From contig NC_043009.1 in assembly GCF_006345805.1 (NCBI RefSeq), positions 39,246,001-39,310,000 on the forward strand: DNA of 64,000 bases, read 5' to 3'. The first letter of the stretch is position 1. Each line of letters starts with the position of its first letter. Below are positions 11,751 to 23,655 of the stretch, one piece after another. The notes beneath the pieces are model-generated. The model made no database searches. It saw only the letters and a program-made list of their open reading frames with translations, and was not told where the DNA came from. Source of the stretch: Octopus sinensis. Taxonomy: Eukaryota. The translations under genes were made by a program, and so were the position numbers.

Positions 11751-13124
11751 AAATTACAAAGGCTATTTTTCTTGTTCTGGTCCAAGAAGTACAGAGGCTC
11801 TCAAAAACTATTAACCCTTTTAGATGAACTTAGATGATACTCGTTCCGTATCTGAAGCAGACATACTAGACCTCATTCAGAAAAGGTCACCCGACTGGCT
11901 GGTAGGTATCACTCATCAATCCACTTCATCATCTACACTGCAAGTATGTTGTTTCCTTTCTTTACCCTTTTTAAAATTTTGTCCGGCATTTTCACAGCGG
12001 CTTCAGCTCTTCGAAAATGTCTGTTATCTTGCCACCTTTTCCCCTTTGGTAAGACATATTTAGTTATCACTTCTTCTGTTGTCACCTATATTGTGTCCAC
12101 TCCATAGACCCTGCAATATCAACATCGAATTCTTCCTCTTGAGATTAACATCCCTCTAGTAATCCATCCCAGCACATGTTCCTGCAGCTGTGACAATGCG
12201 ATTTTTGAGAGGATTCAACAGTATCGGAGGTCTACGAGTGCCATGACAATCTCTTCCGGAAAGACTATAGCAATGAAAACAATACTATAATTTTAGATTT
12301 GAACATTTTATGGAAAATAGAATGAAATAGGTTCCGTTCCCATTATTAGCTGACAACCCCGATCCACCAGGAATCGATAATCAGGTTCAATTTCACAGTA
12401 AAAATGGTTTGAAAATATATTATTAAAACAATTATTTTTTGTGCAATTGACACTCCTAATAATTTCAAACAATTAGTAATTTTACATTTTCTAAAATATT
12501 ATTTACTTTCTCGCAATTTAGCCTATTTTCACTCCTTGAATTTGTCGTGTAATCTGTTTACACCTCATCACAGCTTTTCCTTCAATTGAACTACCAACAA
12601 AATTAATGATAGAAAAATATTCCTTGGCAGCCGCAACTTATACGATTTTAGATTTGTTTTTAACTTTCTTCCCTTCAATAGAAATTTTATTGATATTATT
12701 CAATTAGATCTACATTACTGCCTTATTTTCTTTTATATGGATGAAATATTTTTCTTGGTATTCCTTTGCGAATTTTCTCGCCTTTCTTCTCCAATAAGTT
12801 TTCACCTTTTCAAAAATTGTAATCTCATCTCAAACAGAATATGCCATATGATATGACCTGATGTTAAAAGAAAAATTTCATATATTTTAAATTAAATTAT
12901 TTACTCTGTTTGCATTCCTCCGCCGTATGTTCAAGAAAGCTTTGGTTCCCGTCAGTCAAGGTGACGTTACTCTAATTGTGAAGATTCAAGAATTTTCATC
13001 CAACCTTTTTTCTTATCCCTTCAATCGTACTTACTTATATGCATACATTCAGACACACATACGCACACACAACTCACGTACACATACATATATAACAAAA
13101 TGTTGTGTACAGATGTATCTATCT

Positions 13125-13282
<158 letters not shown>

Positions 13283-13544
13283 GTGTAATATCGTATGTTT
13301 TTCCGTCCTTGTTTCGTATACATTCGTTGCTTTTTTCCAAGGCATCTAATGCTCTTAGCTTAGTTTTTCCTTGGGGCTGGCCAGATTGGAACAGTCTCAA
13401 GATTAATCCCCGAAATTGCGAGGATGATCCGGTTCTTGACTGAAGGTAAAAGGCTTCGAATGACCCGTCCGTTCTATTTTTTTTATATCTTCTATCTGGA
13501 TGTTTTATTGTCCCGTTTTGCGTTCTTGTCCCATTTCGTATTTT

Positions 13545-13546
13545 AT

Positions 13547-13619
<73 letters not shown>

Positions 13620-13629
13620 TATATATATA

Positions 13630-13702
<73 letters not shown>

Positions 13703-13776
13703 TATAATATTATATATATATATATTATATATATATATATAACATACATACATGCATTTATACATACACCACACAC

Positions 13777-13815
<39 letters not shown>
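13545..13815. repeat. Long imperfect (TA)n
   Basis: Directly visible. Confidence 0.95.
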
Positions 13816-13816
<1 letters not shown>

Positions 13817-14464
13817 GCTGGCATAATTGTTTTGCAACAATATCGTCGGGAATGTATTACGGAGAATGCAGCATGAATCACTGCAACTGTAGAAAAGAGT
13901 GATGCGTAGTAGAATTTTTAATATGAAAGGAAGTCAACATAATAAAATGACAGCAAATGTAAACAGGTTGAATAGAAAAATAGGACAGATTATATAATAC
14001 ACCTGTTATGAAACAATCGCTATATATTCAATGAACAAACATGAACAAACAGAAGGGACATGGACATTCAAAGCAGAGATAAAATATATTTCCTCAACTC
14101 CAAATGCAATCTTGATGAGAAATATCACTTCGCAAGTATGTTAAAGAATAGTGTCGCTCAAAAGGATTACTTTTACATGGGATAAAATAAATAGTTAAAA
14201 TTAAGTAGTGGTGATATATGATGAGCTAAAACAGGGAAGGTGTTGCCCATGTATGGCCGCAGTCTACTGATTGCAACTAGGATACATAAAATAAAATAAT
14301 TAAAGAAAATAGCATATTCATTGTATGTACGTAAACATCAGTTGTGTATTCGATAAAAGAAAAAATTAGATTTGGGGGTCGAAGGTATTGCTTCCGTTTT
14401 GGTGGCAGTCAAATGATTGCAACCAGGAAAATCAACATAAAACAAAGAAGAGACAGATATATAG

Positions 14465-14885
14465 ACACAGGTGTAGCCCTGTGGTAAGAAGTTTGCTTCC
14501 CGACCACATGGTTCTGAGTTCGGTTCTCCTGCGTAGCTCTTTGGACAAGTGTCATGTGCTATAGCCTCAGGCTGACCAGAATTTTGTGAGTGTATTTGGT
14601 AAAAGGAAAGTGAAAACATCCCGACATATGTATATGTTTATATAGGTCTGTGTGTTTGTGGTTGTGTGTATGTACGTATGTGTGTACCCCTCCACCACTT
14701 GACGATCTATGTTAGCGTGTTTACGTCCCTGTAACATAGTGGCTCGGCAAAAGAGACATAAGAAGTAAGTATCAGGTTTAAACAAAAATGAAAAGAATGT
14801 ACTGGGGCCGATTCGTTCCCCTAAAATTCTCCAACGCGATGTCCCTGTATAGCTGCAATCTAATGACTGTAACAAGAAGAAAATA
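14465..14885 (+). mobile_element. SINE family A (diverged)
   Basis: ctgtggtaagaagtttgcttcccgaccacatgg head to aatgactgtaacaag tail. Confidence 0.8.
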
Positions 14886-15003
14886 GAAGCTATTTATAAT
14901 ATACACGTAAACTTCTTTTCACTTTTCGATTAAACCTGATACACACTTCTTATGTCTCTTTTGTCGAACCACTTCGTTACTGGGACGTAAGCAAACTAAC
15001 ATA

Positions 15004-15166
15004 GGCGTAGGAGTGGCTGTGTGGTAAGAAGCTTGCTTACGAACCACATAGTCCCGGGTTCAGTCCCATTGCGTGGCACCTTGGGCAAGTGTCTTCTACT
15101 ATATCCTCGGGTCAACCAAAGCTTTATGAGTGGATTTAGTAGACGGAAACTGAAAGAAGCCCGTCG

Positions 15167-15212
<46 letters not shown>

Positions 15213-15362
15213 TTCCCCTCAACATCACTTGACAATCAGACCGATAGAATAAGTACTAAGCTTATAAAGAATAAGTCCTGGGGTCGATTCGTTCGACTAA
15301 AGGCGGTGCTCCAGCATGGCCACAGTCAAATGAATGAAACACGTGAAAGAGTAAAAGAGTAG
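15004..15362 (+). mobile_element. SINE family A, near full length
   Basis: ggcgtaggagtggctgtgtggtaag tRNA-like head, internal (TA)(TG)n, tail ggcggtgctccagcatggccacagtcaaatg. Confidence 0.9.
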
Positions 15363-16314
15363 ATGTACATTGGATAACAGAAAAAATAGGTCCCGTTATC
15401 GAATGATCAGCTAAAACAGGTGAAGGTATGGCCGCATCAAATGACTGCCACCACAAAAAATGTGGAAAAATAGAAAAGAAATAAAGTAGTTAAAGAAAAT
15501 ATCGTGTCCATAATATTTACATAGAGTAATCCAATATTACTAATTCCGTCGTAGAAGACACTTGTATAAGTATATATCTCTAAGATCATACTGCGAATAA
15601 TATCTAATCTTGTATTTAACAGCATTTGTTGAACAAGATTAAAAAAAATTGATTCAATATCAAATGATAAAGCAGGAAAAAAATAGAGACTTTTTAAGAT
15701 ATCACGTTTTTGATTTTGATTTTGTATCTCTATTTTTTTTTTCTTGAAAAGTAATTTAATATTTATGATAAACAAGAATAAGTAATAGAAAAAGAAAAAC
15801 ACAGAGAAATACATCGTATGAAAAATTCAGCTCGTCATTGGCAACAGTATTTTCGCAGAACTGACAAACAACTCGAATAATTGGGAATGTAAACTTGTCC
15901 AAAATTGAAAACAAAAACAAAAAGCAATAAAACAAACGAAACAAAACAAAACAGAAGGCTTCTCAGAAAATTATCAAATTTAGCAGTTGTTGTTTTCTTA
16001 TAATCAAGCAGACTTCTCATCAAAGACATCTCGGCCGTGATTATGCCGTCTCCATTTTCCTCCTGAAGAGCAGGTAAACCAGAACCTCATTCCTAACGCA
16101 TCATTTTCTAAAGTGTAATTTGAGGGTAAATTGACTGCAAATTTTAGCAGGTTATACGACGAGATAAAAGGTCCACTTCGGGTGAGCAGTACAGTAACTG
16201 AAGCAGCAGCAGCAGCAGCAGCAACAACTGCATCGAGGATTTCAGAGAAGTAATTCTATGTTACTAAAATAGTAAAAATACCGTTGTCATAAAATAATTT
16301 CAGCTCCTGTACAT

Positions 16315-16315
16315 A

Positions 16316-16366
<51 letters not shown>

Positions 16367-16790
16367 GCCCTGATGCAGTACCAGGTAGTGGCTCATGGAT
16401 TCTGATCTTAACTGATAGGAAGTGCTATCATGTGCATGATTTCTCTTGATATAAAATATGGGCGACTGCAAATGTTCTTCTCAATACAACAGATTTACTC
16501 GTCATTTGCTTGACCTTAACCATTTGAGCATGAGCCTTAGTGGCTGACGATATGTGCATCCCTGATCACGTGCGAAGTAGTGTCTCATAGCCATGTGTTG
16601 AAAGGAATTCTTTGGATAATTTATCCCTCGAAACATGGGTGTTTCGTTCATCATCCTTAAACAAACTTTATTCAAGGACAATTTGAGCGGGTCGCTACTC
16701 GACCAGGGGAAAATTCTAACTGGGCTCCACCTGCAAGGTCATGCGCTGTTTATCTTGATCTGAGATCATGTCGCGCACAGTTGGTAGAGT
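16315..16790 (-). mobile_element. Unclassified non-autonomous repeat family E with (ATT)n tail, 5'-truncated
   Basis: Reverse complement aligns with 61085-61650 (ttaagatcagaa, gcacatatcgtcagccactaagg, gaccttgcaggtgg). Confidence 0.8.
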
Positions 16791-16799
16791 CGGAGACTA

Positions 16800-17270
16800 G
16801 CAATATTCTCTGGGATCTCCCAATCCGAACTGATCAGTTGCTAGAGCATAACAGACCCGATCTAGTGGTGGTGGACAAGATGACCATATATGCTATATAG
16901 TTGATATTGCGTGTCCATTTGATCCACGAATAGTCAAGAGGGAAGGCGAAAAGATAGATATATACAACCCTCTTATGTACGAAATAGCCCGGCTATGGAA
17001 AATGCAGAAGGTGAAGATAGTGCCAATTATTGTTGTTTCCTTAGGAACAGTATCAGAAGGCATCAAGAGGAATATAAAGGAAATTGGAATAGAGTGCCCA
17101 ATAGAACTGTTACAAAGGTTTGCCTCCCTTTCAAGGTCAGAATAATCAGGAAAGTATTAAATAGCTGAAAAGAATGGATAGCATGGAAACATAGGCTGCA
17201 GGTGGTAAGTTCGCTACGCATGTAAGGCTCTAGGAACTCCAACAAAATGTGATAAAGAGAAATAATATTG
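16800..17270 (+). pseudogene. R4-clade (RLE) non-LTR retrotransposon 3' fragment, restriction-like endonuclease domain
   Basis: NILWDLPIRTDQLLEHNRPDLVVVDK / CYIVDIACPFD...EKIDIY...LWKMQKVKIVPIIVVSLGTV shows the RPD-x-D-x-K RLE motif with a frameshift. Confidence 0.85.
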
Positions 17271-19322
17271 ATGATGACGATGATAAGAACATCACAGTTT
17301 AGCACAAAGCCAGCAGTGTTTTTAGGAGAGGGATGTGAGTCGATTACAGGACCCAAAAGAATGGAAGGCAGAGTAGACCTCGGCGGGACTTGAACTTGGA
17401 AATGGCATCACTGTAAATGAGTATTTTGCTCCTAATGTCGATAAGATTTCTCTCGTCGTTGGTTCTGTCGTTACTAGTGTTGTTGTTTCTTATTATTTTA
17501 GCTTTTAGTTAGGAAGTAATGTTTTGTCTATGTCTTGTTGCAGGGCCTCCGAAATATTTTGGTGAGGATTGGAGGTCTGTCTGCTTTAACAGAAAACTTG
17601 TCTCATGTACTTGCAACGTAATTACTCCGCTAAAGACACACAATGTACCAATTGGTAGTATTAATCTAGGTGACAAGATAACACTACCTACTAAATACGG
17701 CACAGCTTGACTTGAGAATGGACCGCAAAGATGTTGAACATATAGGCATCCAGACTGATGTACTTACAGTTTCGCCAATTCACCTTCCCGCATATTTTTT
17801 TATCGACCTCAAATTTGACCTTGAATGTATTTTCCATATTGAGCACAGAGAGTTTCTATAAATACTGCAAAACGTTCTGTTCGATACTCTACCAATTTGC
17901 CAGTTGCTGATAGGATGATGCCGACGATTAACGTGCTAAGTGTTCGATTGCTTTGTTGCATTCGTTTTGACTGCTGTACAGATGTTCAGATATATTTATA
18001 TCAGTTTTTCATAATTACCCAATAAATGGTATTTAAGCAAAACCGCTTCAACTTATGTCACGAAATATAGATGATGAAATTCCTGTCGCTTTTTTTTTTA
18101 AATAAAGAATTTACAAAAAGTGAAAACAAAAATATTATAACAGTAAGAAAGTAGTAGGATTTGGTCATGATGTCTAGTACATGAGAACACAGTTGGACAT
18201 GAAAAGCAATCAAAGATCTCGTGATTCTTGATTTAATCTTTGAAAAATCTAGATTTCTCAAAGAATATATTTATGTTAATATTAACTGAAAATTTCAAAT
18301 TATATTTCTTTTTATTTATTTCATTTTATTTAATAAGTTGAATACTTACGTAATTGTTGGCGAGAAAAATTATTTATTATTTCATCATTTTCATAAGTCA
18401 AGTTGTTTTATTTTTAATTAATTAAATAGTAATTTTTCTTTTTCTTATTTTCTAATTATTTTTATAAAATTCTGTAGCATTGATTCATGTAACATCCAAG
18501 AGCCTAAATTCTTTTCAGAAAATGTTTAACTTTGAAATTATTCTTAGTAATAACTTCTGGTTTTAATTTCAACACGTTTATCTATGTTCATTTCTAAATA
18601 TTCTATAGCTTAGATAACTTTCAATGCTTTGTTTTCTGAAAAAAAACACCCCATCTCTAGAGAACATCATTTCATATAAGATAAAATAATAATGCTCTTC
18701 TGTAATTCTCTGTACGGAGAGGATATATTTCCGTCAAAATTATAAAATAAATTATAAAAAATATAAGTGATTGATCTCTGTGTTAATTACCACTCGGTAT
18801 TATGCACTTTAACGGAGATGATGAGCTGACAGAAAATGAAGACCATTAGAGTGAATGCATTAGTGCATCTACTGTAATATTTCTACATTTTGATTTCCAG
18901 TATGGCAGTTAAAATTTTGCATTTCCTGTCCCCGGAAGTTATCTATGTATGCCAGTAATTTCAAATACAAACACACTAGTTGGGCATTAATTTTCGCATA
19001 TGAAAACGATGTTAGTGTGTACGAGTTTCAATTTTAGCAAATTTAGAATTTTAAAACAAACAGTTTATTTCTTTTTATTTATTTTATGATTATCGTTGTT
19101 CGTTTTCAATACTAGGTCATCACTAATCAAGGTGATTAATAATACAAGACATTCTAATCATGACCATCATGCCTCTTCATACATATTTCAGACTCTGTAA
19201 TCCAATATGTCTTTGAAATAAAAAGGAGATACTGATACTTCAGTGAGGAAGAGTTAGCATATATGTCTACCAGTTCAAAAATCTACGCACAGACTTCTTC
19301 ATTTAATCGTATTTTTTTTCAT

Positions 19323-19526
19323 CTTTTATTTGTTTCAGTTATTAGACTGCGGCCATTGTGAGGTACCACATTGAAGGATTTTAAGTCGAACGAATCGACT
19401 CTAGTACTTATATTTTTAAAGCCTGGTGCTTATCCTATAGGTCTCTTGTGCCGAGCCACTAGATTTGGAAATTTAAACATACCACCACCGATTATCGAAG
19501 AAGTGTTGAGTGACAGAAAAACACAA

Positions 19527-19568
<42 letters not shown>
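19323..19568 (-). mobile_element. SINE family A, 3' half (host of the HHR array)
   Basis: Diverged reverse complement of the family A tail ending in (CA)n(TA)n at the array boundary. Confidence 0.8.
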
Positions 19569-19844
19569 TTAATTAATAAGGGTGAGAGAATTAGATACTA
19601 ATTTAATAGTATATCTATTCAACACCAAGTGGCCCAGTGCCCCGAGAAACCTGGATTATTATAATATTTTATAATATATTATAATATTTTATACAAAAAT
19701 AAATATAAGAGAGTGGTCACTATATGGCTCACTCTAGCACTAGTAAATCCAAAAGGTTTCAACCACAAAAATACATGTTTCCCATGAAAGTCAGCACGAT
19801 TGTTAGCTCACACGAACAGGGCAAATAAAAAATAACAAAATACA

Positions 19845-19934
19845 GATTATTTTGGGACAATTGTTTCGCTATTAATGAATTAAATGTAATTTTACTCACA
19901 AAAAATCCACTTGTAGCTCCTCAGCCAAAATATC
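19845..19934 (-). ncRNA. Type I hammerhead ribozyme, array copy C
   Basis: Minus strand: CTGAGGA at 19924-19918, GCTA/TAGC stem II, GAAAC AATT GTC; predicted cleavage after 19856. Confidence 0.85.
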
Positions 19935-20776
19935 TGGATGAAATCCACTCAATCACACGCCAGATTTTACCATAACGATAAATACACGTGCGGTTCAATT
20001 GATTACATCTGACGTTATATTCAAATGCCCCTACCAACAGCGGGCCAAACTTTCACGGAAACAAATACTACATTTAGAAATAAATGTGCATAATTATAAT
20101 TAATTAATAAGGGTGGAGAATTAGATACTAATTTAATAGTATATCTATTCAACACCAAATGGCCCAGTGCCCCGAGAAACCTGGATTATTATAATATTTT
20201 ATAATATATTATAATATTTTATACAAAATAAATATAAGAGAGTGGTCTCTATATGGCTCACTCTAGCACTAGTAAATCAAAAGTTTCAACCACAAAAATA
20301 CATGTTTCCCACGAAAGTCAGTACGATTGTTAGCTCACAATATTTTGTTATTTTTTATTTGCCCTGTTCGTGTGAGCTAACAATCGTACTGACTTTCATG
20401 GGAAACATGTATTTTTGTGGTTGAAACCTTTTGGATTTACTAGTGCTAGAGTGAGCCATATAGTGACCACTCTCTTATATTTATTTTTATAAAATATTAT
20501 AACATATTATAAAATATTATAATAATCCAGGTTACTCGGGGCACTGGGCCACTTGGTGTTGAATAGATATACTATTAAATTAGTATCTAATTCTCTCACC
20601 CTTATTAATTAATTATAAATTATGACATTATTTCTAAATGTAGTATTTGTTTCCGTGAAAGTTTGGCGCGCTGTTGGTAGGGGCATTTGAATATAACGTC
20701 GGATGTAATCAATTGAACCGCACGTGTATTTATCGTTATGGTAAAATCTGGCGTGTGATTGAGTGGATTTCATCCA

Positions 20777-20867
20777 GATAGTTTTGGCTGAGGAGCTACA
20801 AGTGGATCTTTTGTGAGTAAAATTACATTTAATTCATTAATAGCGAAACAATTGTCCCAAAATAATC
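20777..20867 (+). ncRNA. Type I hammerhead ribozyme, array copy A (intact core)
   Basis: GATAGTTTTGG (20777-20787), CTGAGGA (20788-20794), GCTA...TAGC (20795-20844), GAAA (20845-20848), C AATT GTC, CCAAAATAATC. Predicted cleavage after C20856. Confidence 0.88.
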
Positions 20868-21307
20868 TGTATTTTGTTATTTTTTATTTGCCCTGTTCGT
20901 GTGAGCTAACAATCGTACTGACTTTCATGGGAAACATGTATTTTTGTGGTTGAAACCTTTTGGATTTACTAGTGCTAGAGTGAGCCATATAGTGACCACT
21001 CTCTTATATTTATATTTGTATAAAATTATAATATATTATAAAATATTATAATAATCCAGGTTTTCTCGGGGCACTGGGCCACTTGGTGTTAATAGATATA
21101 CTATTAAATTAGTATCTAATTCTCTCACCCTTATTATTAATTATAATTATGCTACATTTATTTCTAAATGTAGTATTTGTTTCCGTGAAAGTTTGGCGCG
21201 CTGTTGGTAGGGGCATTTGAATTATAACGCGTCGGATGTATCATTGAACCGCACGTGTATTTATCGTTATGGTAAAATCTGGCGTGTGATTGAGTGGATT
21301 TCATCCA

Positions 21308-21397
21308 GATAGTTTTGGTTGAGGAGCTACAAGTGGATTTTTTGTGAGTAAAAGTACATTTAATCATTAATAGCGAAACAATTGTCTCAAAATAATC
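21308..21397 (+). ncRNA. Type I hammerhead ribozyme, array copy B (C3-to-U variant)
   Basis: TTGAGGA at 21319-21325, GAAA at 21375-21378, GTC at 21384-21386. Confidence 0.75.
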
Positions 21398-21548
21398 TGT
21401 ATTTTTTAATTTTTTATTTGCCCTGTTCGTGTGAGCTAACAATCGTAACTGACTTTCATGGGAAACATGTATTTTTGTGGTTGAAACCTTTTGGATTTAC
21501 TAGTGCTAGAGTGAGCCATATAGTGACCACTCTCTTATATTTATTTTT

Positions 21549-21716
21549 ATATATATATATATATATATACACGAGGAACTTTTTTCAGTTTCCGACTACC
21601 GAATCTACTCGCAGGGCTTTGGCCAACCCGGAACTATCGTACGAGACACTTTCCCTATACGCAATGCAATGGGAATGAACTCAGAGCCATGTGACTTGGG
21701 AGCTAACTTCTTACCT
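21549..21716 (-). mobile_element. SINE family A, 5' half (continues the copy at 19323-19568)
   Basis: After (TA)n: tttcagtttccgactaccgaatctactc...gggaatgaactcagagccatgtg...cttcttacc is the reverse complement of the family A head and body. Confidence 0.8.
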
Positions 21717-21882
21717 GTTAGACCTGGGAGGTTTCATCTCTTCAAGGCATCACTTTAAATATTCACACCTGGTGCACTCCGGATATCCGTTAATACAAAG
21801 GGGAGGTAACTGTGTACTCATAGTCTGAAAGGTGATTTCAAATTTGAATGCGAAAACACCGAAGAACGAAAGAATACGAAGA

Positions 21883-22046
21883 GGCGTAGGAGTGGCTGTG
21901 TTGTAAGTAGCCTGCTTACCAACCACATGGATGCGGGTTCAGTCCCACTGCGTGGCACCTTGCTACAACCTCGGGCTGATCAAAGACTTGTGAGTGGATT
22001 TGGTAGACGGAAACTGAAAGAAGACTGTCGTATATATGTATGTATG

Positions 22047-22095
<49 letters not shown>

Positions 22096-22315
22096 ACGTT
22101 TGTGTCTTTGTTTGTCCCCCCCACCCAACATCGCTCGACAGCCGATGGTGGTGTGTTTACGTCCCCATAACTTCGCGGTTCGGCATAAGAGACCGATAGA
22201 ATGAGTTCTAGTCTTGCAAAGAATAAGTCCTGGGGACGATCTGCTCGACTAAAGGCGGTGCTCCAGCATGGCCACAGTCAAATGACTGAAACATGTAAAA
22301 GAGTAAAAGAGAAAG
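21883..22315 (+). mobile_element. SINE family A, near full length
   Basis: Head ggcgtaggagtggctgtg, internal microsatellite, tail gtaaaagagtaaaagag. Confidence 0.92.
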
Positions 22316-23064
22316 AATTCGAAGAGTTCACATATATAAATACCTCATAGTACTTTTTTATACTATCCTACGCTTACTTGTGTTACGGCAAATAAGTGAA
22401 GCCCTATAGTGTTAACCAAGGCTTCAAACGTACATGCATCCTTAGACGTAGCTAATTTAATATATCTAGTTTCGACCCTTATGGTCATTAGATTGCAAGT
22501 ACAAATTAAGAAGGAAATAATGAAATTAAATAATGATTTATTAGTTTAAAAGGCAATAGAGACGGTCATATGGCACGGGTATGTTCTCTTAGTAGAACAA
22601 CCGTAATAAAGTTTCACTTGGAATCTATGAATAATTTCTGTAAAGATAAACTCTGTGCGTCGTGTTATTAAAAATAAAAAAATAAAATGTTATTGTTGTT
22701 GTACGAATATGTCAGAGGTATCAGTAACATGATAAGACATTCTAGATGTATGATAGATATTGAGTAACTTCTACTGATTATTGTGTTTCAAGAGAACAAT
22801 CATACTTTAATTTATCACCGAGGGTTAAATATTTTATTATTCCAATGATTCAGGTTACTATCTGCTTAATATATTATTTACTTTCTGTTTCTCTCCAAGT
22901 TTCAGGAAATGCTAAAGTTTCTTGGATGAACGAAAGTTAAATTCTAATTGTTCCTCTCTAAAAAAAAAAGAAAAGAAAATAATAAACAAAAGTACGATAT
23001 CTAATTTGGGTCCCTTTAATATTTTTGTTGTTTCAGCCGCTGGACTGCACCCATGCTAGATTGT

Positions 23065-23367
23065 TTGTTCCTTCTTGAGCTACGCCTGACTCTCATAAGG
23101 GCCGGTTTCCCGGTTTCCTTGGCGTATAGGTTCCCCACCTGGACGGGACGCCGGTCCGTCGCAGGTGAGCTGCAAGATGCAGGAGGGAAGAGTGAGAGAA
23201 CGTTGTGGTGAAAGAGTCATCAGAAGTTCGCCATTACCCTCTGCGGGAACCGCGTGGAGCTTAGGTGTTTCGCTCATAAACACACACATCACCCGGTCTG
23301 AGATTCGAACCCGCGATCCCTCGAGCACAAGTCCGCTGCTCTAACCACTTGGCCATGTGCCTCCACC
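23065..23367 (-). mobile_element. SINE family C, full length
   Basis: ggtggaggcacatggccaagtggttagagc...gggttcgaatctc (A/B boxes), ggaccggcgtcccgtccagg V-like segment, tail gaaaccgggaaaccggcc. Confidence 0.88.
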
Positions 23368-23369
23368 AC

Positions 23370-23655
23370 CCATGCTAGTGTACCACTTTGAAGGGGTTAG
23401 TTGGAATTTATTTGTAAATCTCCTACTTTTTCTATCAGTTTCTTAACCGAGCCCCTAAGTTACGGGGATGCAAAAACACCAACACCATGTGTCAAGTGAT
23501 GACGGATAGAGCTAACATGGACACAAAGACACAAACACACATAAACACACACACACACACATGTTTACGATGGGCTTCTACTCAATTTCTGTTTACCAAA
23601 ATCACTCACAAGACATTTGTCGGCACTTGCCCAAGGTGAAGTGCAATGAGATAAA
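23370..23655 (-). mobile_element. SINE family A, degenerate
   Basis: ctaagttacgggga...cactcacaag...cacttgcccaagg similarity. Confidence 0.65.

Larger units (their letters stand above)
19569..21548. mobile_element. Tandem and inverted array of a ~530-bp ORF-less hammerhead-bearing unit (retrozyme/Penelope-like)
   Basis: About 1.45 units in one orientation (19569-20339; period ~531), then about 2.3 units in the other (20341-21548; period ~529-530). Copies are near identical. Confidence 0.9.

Noticed and set aside
11760-12240. Possible LINE ORF1 relic on minus (RVYGVDTI*VTTEEVI)
   Set aside because: Resemblance too weak and too interrupted to call.
19569-21548. CRISPR-like or protein-coding interpretation of the array
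   Set aside because: Eukaryotic context, no unique spacers and no consistent ORF; the small ORFs differ between near-identical copies.
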